Positions 38,248-47,863 of a stretch of 64,000 bases of DNA are shown here, in pieces. The translations under genes and the position numbers were made by a program. The notes under the pieces were generated by a model that saw only the letters and a list, made by a program, of their open reading frames with translations, made no database searches and was not told the origin of the DNA. The number at the start of each line of letters is the position of its first letter. The first letter of the stretch is position 1. This DNA is from Bacilli bacterium (GTDB taxonomy: Bacteria > Bacillota_I > Bacilli_A > RFN20 > CAG-826), in the NCBI GenBank assembly GCA_017651165.1, contig JAGCDH010000015.1, positions 13,748 through 77,747 on the forward strand, written 5' to 3'.

Positions 38248-40191
38248 CTATTCGTTGTTTTTAATAATATCTATAAACAATTTGTTTCTTGCGTTTGCAT
38301 CTGCACAAATGGTTTTAGCCGAAATGATATATGTATGGCATGGTATAGGTTTATTATCAGCATTCAAAATGTTCTCGTTATAATAGTAAAACATATGCTC
38401 ATCATTGTTATCAAACATTCTTTTAATTCCGTGTATCTTTTTAATTCTGTTTAAAAACACATCATCAAAAGAAGTGATTATGAATCCATAAAGAGCATTG
38501 ATGTCTTCTAAGTTTGCAGCGATTATTCCATTATTTCTATCTATTTCTGAAATCGCATCTATTTTCTTGTTGTAGTCCGCACCAAGCGCTTTAAATTCTA
38601 CGACCACTGCAGATTTATTAGAGTAAAACAGCGCCAAATCAGGCTCAACAGCATCATCAACTCCATCAGCAATATCTGCATTTTTAATTTCTTCTAGAAT
38701 TTTCTTAACCTTTTTGTCACTAAATGCATTATTGCAAGACATAAACTTGTCATCTAACAACCAAATATTATTTTTCAGCCTATCCTTCAAAGATTCACCA
38801 AGTACAAGTCCTTGTGGAATAAAGAGATCGTGTAGTAATTTTTCAACTGGTTCATTTCTCTCGATGTATTTTGCAAGGCAATCTATAACTTGTTGTCTGT
38901 ATAAGAAATATTTCGATAGTTCTCGATTGGAAAAATCGCTTAAATTAACAATTCCTTCCACGAGTTCTTCTCTATTGATGTCGTCAACCATAAAGATTTT
39001 TGATACTTCGTCTAACGCCTTTTCCTTATCTTTGCCATACTTGGTTTCAGATGCAGAAATTAGTTTCTTTTCGTCAACGATGATTGAATCATCTTCTTCT
39101 ATATATTTCTTAAGATATGGGTATTTGTTAATACATTCTAGTTTTTTCTTTGCGTTATCTTCTACAACAGCTGGATATTCACTGACGATTATTTTTTCAA
39201 TTTGTTTGGTGATTTCTTCTTGAATCTCTTTTGAGGAAAAACTAAATAAGGCATTTTCGCTATTGCCAAAAACAAAACCGGTTCTAGAATCGTTAACACT
39301 GTTGTTCAAATAATTTGATTTGACGAGACAAATCATCGAATCATCATTCGGCAACGAAGAAATAATATCTCCTTTTTCATTTATGTCGGTTATGCCCCTA
39401 TCATCTGCGCACAAAACAATTTGTCTTTTTTTGGCACCATCTTTAATAAAGCGATAATACAATTTAAACGATTCGCTATATGAATCTTTTGACATTGTAA
39501 ATAGCACTTTTTTAAGGATAAGCAAATCTTTATTGGTTATCGTTTGTTTGTTTTCTTCGGAATCATCAGATATTTCGATGAAAAAATTTCTTCCCTTTTC
39601 ATTCAACAGGAATAGCTTAATAGCAAAAGTATTTAAGATTGTCTTGCGAATTTCTTCGAGTGGTAAGAACACGTAGTTGTTTTGATTTAATATGCACTCA
39701 GTAAAATCAATTCTTGTCTCATTAACCGCAACTTTTTTAGAAGAGACATTATCTATAATTGACAAGCATTCTTCGTTTGCTTCATCAAATTCTTTACTAA
39801 AATTGATTATTACTCTTTTTGTTTTGATTTGACTATTAATTTTCACCATCGAAAATGCCTTAAGCCAAGTAAATCTGCCAACTCCCTTACACCCCAATCC
39901 TAGCTTATAAGTTGATAGGTATTCTAAGAACGAATCAATGTTGTCCTGATTAAAGCCATCACCATCATCAAATATACTAAAACTATCGTAAACTTTAGAA
40001 TCAACTATTGATGGTACTGTATGAAAAACTATTTTAATGTTTTGTGCATTTGCTTCGAGCGAGTTCGAAAGAGCTTCATAAAGAACTTGTAAAATTGAAA
40101 TCTTTACTTTGAAACTATCAACGATATTTTTAACTTTTGCTTTCATACTATTTATTATTGTGACCGCTTTTCTTATTTGAATAAAATGCAA
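38248..40191 (-). CDS. GHKL (Bergerat-fold) ATPase with C-terminal PD-ExK nuclease-like domain
   Basis: N-box EALSNSLEANA, G1 DDGDGF, G2 GCKGVGRFTW. C-terminal EPDLALFYSNKSAVVVEFK (PD...ExK). The track start at 40191 is TTG; the first ATG is at 40146 (MKAKVKN). The start is uncertain. Confidence 0.55.
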   Translation of the reverse strand: MHFIQIRKAVTIINSMKAKVKNIVDSFKVKISILQVLYEALSNSLEANAQNIKIVFHTVPSIVDSKVYDSFSIFDDGDGFNQDNIDSFLEYLSTYKLGLGCKGVGRFTWLKAFSMVKINSQIKTKRVIINFSKEFDEANEECLSIIDNVSSKKVAVNETRIDFTECILNQNNYVFLPLEEIRKTILNTFAIKLFLLNEKGRNFFIEISDDSEENKQTITNKDLLILKKVLFTMSKDSYSESFKLYYRFIKDGAKKRQIVLCADDRGITDINEKGDIISSLPNDDSMICLVKSNYLNNSVNDSRTGFVFGNSENALFSFSSKEIQEEITKQIEKIIVSEYPAVVEDNAKKKLECINKYPYLKKYIEEDDSIIVDEKKLISASETKYGKDKEKALDEVSKIFMVDDINREELVEGIVNLSDFSNRELSKYFLYRQQVIDCLAKYIERNEPVEKLLHDLFIPQGLVLGESLKDRLKNNIWLLDDKFMSCNNAFSDKKVKKILEEIKNADIADGVDDAVEPDLALFYSNKSAVVVEFKALGADYNKKIDAISEIDRNNGIIAANLEDINALYGFIITSFDDVFLNRIKKIHGIKRMFDNNDEHMFYYYNENILNADNKPIPCHTYIISAKTICADANARNKLFIDIIKNNE

Positions 40192-40322
40192 CGATAAATT
40201 ACGCTTACTCCATTTTCATCGTTTTCAAATCTAATTAATTGTAACAGAAAAACTCTTCATTAATCATATTAATACCGTTATTGATAATTATTAAATAGTC
40301 TAAATAGAAAAAGAGGGAACCT

Positions 40323-41327
40323 TTATTGTGGTTTTGTTTCTTCTTCCTTTGGTTCGTCCTCTGCTTCGTTGTTTGAAGATTCTTCGACTCTTTTTGGGTC
40401 GTTGTTTTTGTTTTCCAGTTTTTCTTTCTTTAATTGAAGATATTCTCTTAAATATTTTTCTCTTTTTTGCTTCTTTTCAGAATCTGACAAAGTATCATCG
40501 AGATCAATATCATTTAATGCCTTTACAAATAATTCCTCCTCAAAAGCACAAACTATTGTTTCGATAATAATGTCATAATCTTTTTTCATATATGGCTTTT
40601 CTAAGAGGGCCTTCTTTTTTCGGGAAAAAACTGTCACAACATCCATAAACACCTGAACAAAAGTGTTTGTTGTAAAGAATAAAGATAAAGTAAACAAAAG
40701 CGAGAGCACTTCTTTGTTTATAGCTCTATCCAAAAAGAACAAGCCACCAGAAAAAAGGGTTAAGAAAAAAGCGTTAATTATCAAGAAAACTAAAACAAAA
40801 TTCATATCAGAAAACTCTTCTTTAAGATTGTTGATAAACGATACTTGTTCGAGTCTTTGTTTTCCAATCATCTCATCAGGGTTTAATGTTGACGCTTGCT
40901 CAATTTTTGCTTCTTGATTTTGTATCCTGAAAAGAAAGATAGCTGCAGACACACCAAAAATAGCCCATTCAATACCTAGCAAAGAATCACAAAGCGTTAA
41001 ATCAACATGAGAAGAGTTATAAATCGCAACCGAAAAAATAGATAAGAGAATAAGGAAAGTTAATAATGATCTCAAATGAGTCATTACAAATTTTGACAAC
41101 TTGTTATATCTGTTAATTGAATACATTATAATCGCCGTGATAACAAGAGACAGCATTAAAGAAACGACAATAAAAACAATTAAAATAACATCTCTGTTCT
41201 TTATTGTATAAATGCTATCTAAATAAAATAATATTGGAGTTCCGATTGAGAAAAACAAAAACCAAAAAACAATGGTAAGCAGAATAATAACAACTACCAA
41301 TTTGATAACCGATATAATTTTTTTCAT
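40323..41327 (-). CDS. polytopic membrane protein of unknown function with acidic/Lys-rich C-terminal tail
   Basis: Several hydrophobic helices in two clusters separated by a polar loop. The C-terminal ~90 aa are highly charged. No motif recognised. Confidence 0.4.
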   Translation of the reverse strand: MKKIISVIKLVVVIILLTIVFWFLFFSIGTPILFYLDSIYTIKNRDVILIVFIVVSLMLSLVITAIIMYSINRYNKLSKFVMTHLRSLLTFLILLSIFSVAIYNSSHVDLTLCDSLLGIEWAIFGVSAAIFLFRIQNQEAKIEQASTLNPDEMIGKQRLEQVSFINNLKEEFSDMNFVLVFLIINAFFLTLFSGGLFFLDRAINKEVLSLLFTLSLFFTTNTFVQVFMDVVTVFSRKKKALLEKPYMKKDYDIIIETIVCAFEEELFVKALNDIDLDDTLSDSEKKQKREKYLREYLQLKKEKLENKNNDPKRVEESSNNEAEDEPKEEETKPQ

Positions 41328-41383
41328 AAATTTTTCTATAGCTATTTTAAAATGTTTAAAGTATCATTACTCGCTATTGTTAA

Positions 41384-42697
41384 TTAATAGCCATTCCAAT
41401 CCCATTCAAATCTTTCAATGTCTTCTTCTATAAGTTCATCTCCGATTTGAACTTCTATAATATGTAATTCTTCTATTGCTTTAATTGAGTAGCGGTCTTC
41501 TTTATTAATAATAACGCTTTCACCAGCATTAACTTCTCTAACAGAATCGTTTATTAATAATAGGCCTTTACCTTTAACGATAGTCCATGTTTCGCTTCTA
41601 TGTTTATGCTTTTGATAGCTGATGCTCTTGCCTGGTATAATCACTAGTTCTTTAGTGAGCGATTTAATACCATTATCAAATTGTTGGAAATATAGCACTC
41701 TATATTCGCCCCATATTCTCTTTTCAAACATCGGACGATTATCAGGAACATATTTCTTTAAGTATGAGCTGGCGTGTTTGTCAGATACTAAGATGCCGTC
41801 TGGTGACGCTGCAACAATAATATTCTTTAATCCTAAACCCACGATTGGTATCGCAAGTTCATTAACGATATGTGTGTTTTCACAGTTTTCACCTAACACG
41901 CAGTTATTACCTGTTGGGTCTTGCATGGCCTCAGTAAATGTATTCCATGTACCTAAGTCCTTCCATTCACCATCATATTCAATAACTTTAATATCTTTTT
42001 CATGCTCCGCCACTGCGTAGTCAAAGCTAATCTTTGTTAAATTAGCATAGTTATCAAATAGCTCTTTATAGTTAGATGTTCCACATAACTCTTTTGCTTT
42101 ATCTAAAAGATATTTAATCTTAAATGCGAAAACACCACCATTCCATAAAGCACCTTGTTTGATATATTCTTCAGCAGTTGCTAAATCTGGTTTTTCTTTA
42201 AACTGAACCTCGTCTTTTTTAGGAATGATGTAACCATACTTCTCAGATGGATATGTTGGTTTAATACCCATTAATGTAAGATTACTTTTGCCTGCAACCT
42301 CATACATCTTTTGTAGTGTTTTAAAATAGCCTTCTTCCACAAGTGGGTCAACAGGGCATATCACAACCCCTTCGTTTTCACTAATTCCTAAAACATAATG
42401 AAAATACGCTACAGAAAGCGCTACTGCGGGGAAGGTATCTCTACGACAAGGCTCAATTGATATTTCAACATTTTCACGCAGCTGTCTTTTAATTGACGCT
42501 ACTTGTGTTTCTGAAGTAGCGACTACAATTCTGGCATCAGGAGATACCTTTTTTATCATTCTATACATTCTTTGAACCATGGACTCATGTCGTCTATCTT
42601 CCGTTCTAAGAATTTTTAGAAACTGTTTGGATCTAACCTCATTAGAAAGAGGCCAAAGACGTGTGCCTGATCCGCCAGACAGTAGAATAATATTCAT
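41384..42697 (-). CDS. manC: mannose-1-phosphate guanylyltransferase with C-terminal cupin (type II PMI-like) domain
   Basis: MNIILLSGGSGTRLWPLS nucleotidyltransferase motif; C-terminal cupin (YQKHKHRSETWTIVKG). The track start at 42727 is TTG, so ATG at 42697 was chosen. Confidence 0.8.
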   Translation of the reverse strand: MNIILLSGGSGTRLWPLSNEVRSKQFLKILRTEDRRHESMVQRMYRMIKKVSPDARIVVATSETQVASIKRQLRENVEISIEPCRRDTFPAVALSVAYFHYVLGISENEGVVICPVDPLVEEGYFKTLQKMYEVAGKSNLTLMGIKPTYPSEKYGYIIPKKDEVQFKEKPDLATAEEYIKQGALWNGGVFAFKIKYLLDKAKELCGTSNYKELFDNYANLTKISFDYAVAEHEKDIKVIEYDGEWKDLGTWNTFTEAMQDPTGNNCVLGENCENTHIVNELAIPIVGLGLKNIIVAASPDGILVSDKHASSYLKKYVPDNRPMFEKRIWGEYRVLYFQQFDNGIKSLTKELVIIPGKSISYQKHKHRSETWTIVKGKGLLLINDSVREVNAGESVIINKEDRYSIKAIEELHIIEVQIGDELIEEDIERFEWDWNGY

Positions 42698-42874
42698 AAA
42701 ATTGACTTTTTTTCCTTTTTTAAACAAATTCTCTATATAAAGATATTAATTCGTGGATTATTAGTAAACGCCGTTATGCTTTCATTTGATGACATAAATG
42801 GCTCTTCCACTCTTTAGGCTACAAATAGCAAAAAGACGCTTTACCACAAATAGGTGATTTTTTATTTTTAATGC

Positions 42875-44119
42875 TTACTCCTTGCTAATAATGAAAACAA
42901 AATTCGTTGTAGCACTACCGCCAATGTTAAGCATCATAGCGTTTTTTGCGTTCTTAATTTGATATTCGCCGGCCTTACCGGACACTTGCTTGTAACAATC
43001 TAAGAACATTCTTGCTCCGCTTGCGCCAACAGGATGGCCGCATCCAATTAAGCCACCGCTTGGATTAATTGGTTTTTTGCCACTAAAAGCAATTGTTCCG
43101 TTTTCAACTGCTTCACATTCTTTTCCTGGTTCAGTTATACCAAATGCAGAAATCGCGGCATATTCACTAGAAGTAAAACAATCGTGTGTTTCAAAAACAT
43201 CAATGTCATCAACGGTTAAGCCACTTCTTCTATATGCATCCAATACAGCTTGTCTTGTCCAAGGAAGGACATATTCTGAATTAGCATTATCCTTAATTTT
43301 CTTGTCAAACAACAACGGAGCATTTCTATGGCCGTATCCTTTGACCACTACTTTGCTATCAATTCCTTTTTCTTTGACATATTTTTCAGAACAAAGAATA
43401 ACACAGCAAGCACCATCTGTTACTTGAGAGCAATCAGAAACCGCTAATCTTCCACCAACAAGAGGGTTTGTGTCATTTCCTCTTTGTGAGGCTTGTTCAA
43501 AACTCATAAACCATTTTCTAGTTTGGGCTTTTGGATTTCTTTTGGCGTTTTCATAGTTAATAACAGATATCTTAGCGAGAGCATCCATAAATCTCTTTTC
43601 ATCAAGATCTGGATATTTTTCTAAAATAGCATCCGCTAATCTACCAAAGAGTTTAGGGAACGGAAATTCAATGCCCTTTCCCTCTTTTTCGTAGTAAGCT
43701 GCTCTACCTAAAATATCTCCACCGACTTTTGAATCAACATATTTCATAATTTCAAAGCCAACAACAATAGCAACATCTATTTCACCGGCATTTATCTTTG
43801 TGATAGCAGCATCTAGCGCAACAGAACTCGATGCACATGCCGCTTCAAATCTAGCAGAAGGAACACCATAAAAGGCTTCATCTACTTCTGTTAAAAACGA
43901 TCCTAAATGACCTTGGTCGATATACAACTCACCAATGAAGTTGCCAACAAATGATTCGACCCTATTTTCTTTGTTGAGTCTTCTTAATTCTTCAAAAGAA
44001 AAACCAGTTTCTTCAAAGCCATCATGGATAACTTCTTTTAACAAGGCAACAAGATTTTTACCTTCTTTTTTCCAATTTCTTTCAAAATCGGTTTGAGCAC
44101 CACCTAATACATGTACCAT
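42875..44119 (-). CDS. thiolase-fold protein (acetyl-CoA acetyltransferase-like)
   Basis: Active-site Cys context [13 protein letters not shown]-terminal [11 protein letters not shown] and [11 protein letters not shown] at 44119 lies 1 nt after the upstream stop; the ATG at 44188 would overlap by 68 nt. Confidence 0.7.
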   Translation of the reverse strand: MVHVLGGAQTDFERNWKKEGKNLVALLKEVIHDGFEETGFSFEELRRLNKENRVESFVGNFIGELYIDQGHLGSFLTEVDEAFYGVPSARFEAACASSSVALDAAITKINAGEIDVAIVVGFEIMKYVDSKVGGDILGRAAYYEKEGKGIEFPFPKLFGRLADAILEKYPDLDEKRFMDALAKISVINYENAKRNPKAQTRKWFMSFEQASQRGNDTNPLVGGRLAVSDCSQVTDGACCVILCSEKYVKEKGIDSKVVVKGYGHRNAPLLFDKKIKDNANSEYVLPWTRQAVLDAYRRSGLTVDDIDVFETHDCFTSSEYAAISAFGITEPGKECEAVENGTIAFSGKKPINPSGGLIGCGHPVGASGARMFLDCYKQVSGKAGEYQIKNAKNAMMLNIGGSATTNFVFIISKE

Positions 44120-44120
44120 A

Positions 44121-45344
44121 TTACTTACCTGCCTTAAAGAAACTTCGATAGTCATACTTTGTCGGATAGTTTGTGCCAAATAAAGCATTAGATAATGCTA
44201 GAGGTGGGCACCAGCCAAAACCAGTAGCCAATGCATCATCAACACCACTCATATCATCACAAACTTCTTTCCCCACAAATAATGCATAATTAACATATCG
44301 TTTTAATAAGTTTTTGCAAATTATTGCTTCTTGAGAATTATCTTCTCTTAAAACATTGAACGCTAATTGATAATCACCGTTTTGTAAATACGCTTTCATT
44401 TTTTCTGCGAATGGGAATTTATATCTATTCTTTACACGGTATTGTTTTGTTTGAATGTCGTACACCAATGGAATCTTGGTGCCATCTTCGTTGATTTGGA
44501 GTTTAAACAAACCTTCACCAGATTTCCTGCCGAGTTTTTTATTGCCAACCAACTCTTTCAAATAATCAGTCAAAACATATGACTGTTTTTCGTAATCATC
44601 TGTGTTTGCAGATAAGTTATCAATAATAGCCTTATGAACATCTAACCCCACGAAGTCAGCGGTATTACATGGCGCCATTAATCTACCGGTAAATGTGCCA
44701 AAAATAGCATCAATATAATCTAAGCCACCCTCGTTAGCATATTTATCTGCCAATTGAAGAGCAGCGTTAATAAATTGGAACCCAACTCTATTTCCAACAA
44801 ACGCCGGTCTGTCTTTGCAGACCACTACTGTTCTAAGCAATTGTTTAGATAAGTAGTCTTTTAAATAATCAACATCAGATTGCTCTGATGTATCAGTCTT
44901 GATTAGTTCACACAAAGTCATATTGTAAGGAGGATTGAAGAAATGTACTCCAAAGTATTTTTTCCTAAAATCTTCTGGTAATGCTTTTGAAATTTCATTG
45001 ATTGATAATCCAGATGTGCCAGTGCAAAAATAAGCACCTTGCTTTAAAAATTGAGATGCTTTTTTGGTGACATCTTTTTTAATATCAATGTTTTCAATAA
45101 CACTTTCAAAAACCAAATCAGATTCGGAAACGCATTCTTCAAGCATTGAATAATCTGCAGGTATTAATCTGTTTCTTATAGATTCTGCTCTAACAGACTT
45201 GACAGCTTTATCAATTGCTTTGTCAGGTTTTCCGATATCAAGCATATAAACCTTAGCCGCGCCAAATGACGCAAAAATAGCAGAAATGTTGGAGCCCATC
45301 GCACCGGCAGCTCCTAAAACTGTAACCGTTTTCATGCTTTTCAT
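44121..45344 (-). CDS. 3-hydroxyacyl-CoA dehydrogenase family protein
   Basis: Rossmann [14 protein letters not shown] and [17 protein letters not shown] (HFFNP signature). The start is ambiguous (GTG 45362, ATG 45344 or 45335). Confidence 0.7.
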   Translation of the reverse strand: MKSMKTVTVLGAAGAMGSNISAIFASFGAAKVYMLDIGKPDKAIDKAVKSVRAESIRNRLIPADYSMLEECVSESDLVFESVIENIDIKKDVTKKASQFLKQGAYFCTGTSGLSINEISKALPEDFRKKYFGVHFFNPPYNMTLCELIKTDTSEQSDVDYLKDYLSKQLLRTVVVCKDRPAFVGNRVGFQFINAALQLADKYANEGGLDYIDAIFGTFTGRLMAPCNTADFVGLDVHKAIIDNLSANTDDYEKQSYVLTDYLKELVGNKKLGRKSGEGLFKLQINEDGTKIPLVYDIQTKQYRVKNRYKFPFAEKMKAYLQNGDYQLAFNVLREDNSQEAIICKNLLKRYVNYALFVGKEVCDDMSGVDDALATGFGWCPPLALSNALFGTNYPTKYDYRSFFKAGK

Positions 45345-45361
45345 AATTGATAAACCAACCA

Positions 45362-45934
45362 CTAAACCTTACTTAGGTTCTTGTAGATTTCTTTTTCCAT
45401 TTCAAGGCAGTCTTTTAATCGTTCCTTAATTCTTTTGCAAGGAATGCCTACATAAATCCCCCAAGGTTCTGTAGGTTTAGCGAGCAAAGACATGGCTCCC
45501 AGAGCAACACCTTCTGCTAGATAAGCATTTGGAAGAATAACGCTGTGAAGCCCAACAATGGCATGTTTTTCAATAACGATATCACTTGCTATTATTCTTT
45601 CATATTTTTCTCCAACAGTAGGATTGGTGATAGAATTTCCGCTGTAATCATCACTAGAAGCGTAGACAGTTGTATAGCTGCTTAATGCTGAAAAATCTTT
45701 CATTGTCACGCTGCCATCGCCAGTACCATGAATGCTTACGTATGGAGCAAGGTGAATAAAATTACCTAGCGTAATATTTCCAACAAGTAAACAAAAATCA
45801 TCAATCCTAACATCGTTGCCAATAGAAATATTCGAAGGATTATAGATGCTTGCTTTTTTGCTAATCAGCACTCTTTCACCAATTGATTTGAAACCCATTC
45901 TCTTAAGCTCTTCGTTGCTATAATAACCGTCCAT
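45362..45934 (-). CDS. left-handed beta-helix (hexapeptide) sugar N-acyltransferase
   Basis: Hexapeptide repeats IGNDVRIDDFCLLVGNITLGNFIHLAPYVSIHG; 190 aa. Located next to the DegT-type aminotransferase. Confidence 0.7.
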   Translation of the reverse strand: MDGYYSNEELKRMGFKSIGERVLISKKASIYNPSNISIGNDVRIDDFCLLVGNITLGNFIHLAPYVSIHGTGDGSVTMKDFSALSSYTTVYASSDDYSGNSITNPTVGEKYERIIASDIVIEKHAIVGLHSVILPNAYLAEGVALGAMSLLAKPTEPWGIYVGIPCKRIKERLKDCLEMEKEIYKNLSKV

Positions 45935-45969
45935 ATTTGTTCTCCTAAATTCGTAAACTATTATCTAAC

Positions 45970-47061
45970 TTAATTTTTGGTATAAAAAAACCTTATTTTT
46001 TCACAAATATACTTAATTTGTTCATCTGTGACAAAAACACTTGATGGCAACCATAAGCCTTTGCAAGCAATTTCCTCTGTAACAGGAAAACTTAAATTGT
46101 TGTAGCCATAGGCTGGTTCTGAATGAAGAGGTGGATAAAAAATGCGGCTGCCAATATTATTATCTTTCAAGAATTGTTGTAGCTCTTCTCTTTTTTCGCA
46201 CAAGATATCGAAAAACCAAGGGGCAACGTCGTTATAATCGTTCTTAACTAATTTAACCCCCGGGATATCTTTGAGATATTTATCATACAGTTTGCCCATT
46301 TCTTTTTTTCTTTCAACGCGTTCAGGTAGTTTTTTCATTTGTTCAATGCCGATGACCGCTTGAAAATCAGAAAACTTAAAATTCCATCCTTTTGTTAAAT
46401 AGTGGTCGCTACCACCTTTGTCGCGTCCAAAATCTCTAATCTTTTTAATCTTTTCAGACAACTCATCGTCGTCTGTGATTAAAGCGCCACCTTGGCCTGT
46501 GGTAATGATTTTAGGCATACTGAAGGAGAAACTACCAATTTCGCCGAATCTTCCCAAATGCTTGCCGTTTTTAAAACTACCCAAAGATTGAGCAGCATCT
46601 TCAATAAGATGGATGCCTTTTCCTTTGCAGAAGGACACAAATTCTTCAATATTATCAGGACATCTGCCATTAATGGACACCAATAAAACTGCCTTTGTTT
46701 TTGGAGTAACAGCGGCTTTCATCTTTTCGAAATCCATACACAAATCTTTTCTGTTAATATCAACAAAAACAGCTTTTGCGCCAATCAACTCAGCAGAATT
46801 TGGCGTGGCCACCATTGTATAATCTGGACAAATGACTTCATCACCAACTCCAACACCCACCGCCATCAGAGCAGCGGAAAGAGAAACTGTACCATTGGCC
46901 ATAATCCAACAATGCTTAGCGCCTGTATAGGCCTTAATCATGTCTTCAAATTCTCTGGTTTTTTTAAATTCAGTTCCCCAGCCACCACTTAATAAATACT
47001 CATCTAAAGCTTTTCTTTCTTTTTCATCAAAGCTTGGTTCCATTTGATTAATAAAATCCAT
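45970..47061 (-). CDS. DegT/DnrJ/EryC1/StrS-family sugar aminotransferase
   Basis: 363 aa; PLP-lysine context SFSFSMPKIITTGQGG; N-terminal ANGTVSL block. Confidence 0.85.
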   Translation of the reverse strand: MDFINQMEPSFDEKERKALDEYLLSGGWGTEFKKTREFEDMIKAYTGAKHCWIMANGTVSLSAALMAVGVGVGDEVICPDYTMVATPNSAELIGAKAVFVDINRKDLCMDFEKMKAAVTPKTKAVLLVSINGRCPDNIEEFVSFCKGKGIHLIEDAAQSLGSFKNGKHLGRFGEIGSFSFSMPKIITTGQGGALITDDDELSEKIKKIRDFGRDKGGSDHYLTKGWNFKFSDFQAVIGIEQMKKLPERVERKKEMGKLYDKYLKDIPGVKLVKNDYNDVAPWFFDILCEKREELQQFLKDNNIGSRIFYPPLHSEPAYGYNNLSFPVTEEIACKGLWLPSSVFVTDEQIKYICEKIRFFYTKN

Positions 47062-47081
47062 ACTAATTTTCTCCTTATCTA

Positions 47082-47492
47082 TTATTTAGGTTGAAATTTT
47101 GTTTTATCTTTTTCTACGCCCATAAATGGACCATTTTTAATTTCTAAAACAGTTGTGTCATCTTCTAAAATTGTATAGCCATGAGCGGATTCCAAAAGAA
47201 TAAGGATTTCTCCTTGTTTTACTGGAAATGTTTCCACTGGCACCAAATCTAAATCAAATATTCTTGCTTCAATAGCGCCTTTAACAACATATACAGCTTC
47301 ATATGTTCTAGTTGCTGATCTTTCAAATTCATTGTGCCAATGATCTTGTAAGTATTTTCCTTTTTCATAATGGCCCCATGCCACCACTTGCAAAAACTCA
47401 TTATCGTTTGAAAATGAGATTAGACCTGGCTTTATATCTTCTTGTAAAATATGTCTCGCAAGTATTTTTCCGTCTTTAATAATTTCACGCAT
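47082..47492 (-). CDS. small cupin protein (possible sugar-nucleotide ketoisomerase, FdtA/WxcM-like)
   Basis: 136 aa with His-containing beta-barrel motifs (DHWHNEFERS...YVVKG). Its start overlaps the upstream stop (TAATG). Confidence 0.45.
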   Translation of the reverse strand: MREIIKDGKILARHILQEDIKPGLISFSNDNEFLQVVAWGHYEKGKYLQDHWHNEFERSATRTYEAVYVVKGAIEARIFDLDLVPVETFPVKQGEILILLESAHGYTILEDDTTVLEIKNGPFMGVEKDKTKFQPK

Positions 47493-47863
47493 TAAAATTC
47501 TACCTCCGTATAAATATCCTTCGTTCCATCTTCTTTTTCGACTGGCCTATCATACATTTGTACCATCAAGCAATCTGATAAAAACAACATATTATGCAAA
47601 ACAAAAGGATGTATTTCAAAGAAATCTCCTTTGTTGAATACCACTTCTTCTTTTTCGTTTTTACTCCAAAGAATTACTTTAACACTACCACTAATGACAT
47701 AGAACGCCTCTATGGACTCTTTGTGGAAGTGAGAGCCTCTTTCAACACCTTTTTTGGATTCTAAAACATTGATTTGTTTGAAACCATCATGAATCAATTG
47801 AGAAAGACTTCCTCTTTCGTCAATATGTTGGAAGTCTATTTTTCTTGCAGTATATAAGCTCAT
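47492..47863 (-). CDS. small cupin protein (WxcM/FdtA-like)
   Basis: IDERGSLSQL and ERGSHFHK motifs typical of WxcM-like cupins; 123 aa. TAATG overlap with the upstream gene. Confidence 0.5.
   Translation of the reverse strand: MSLYTARKIDFQHIDERGSLSQLIHDGFKQINVLESKKGVERGSHFHKESIEAFYVISGSVKVILWSKNEKEEVVFNKGDFFEIHPFVLHNMLFLSDCLMVQMYDRPVEKEDGTKDIYTEVEF

Noticed and set aside
44120-44188. Longer thiolase start at ATG 44188 ([23 protein letters not shown]...).
   Set aside because: It would overlap the dehydrogenase gene by 68 nt. Thiolase-family similarity begins at [12 protein letters not shown] (ATG 44119), 1 nt after the upstream stop.
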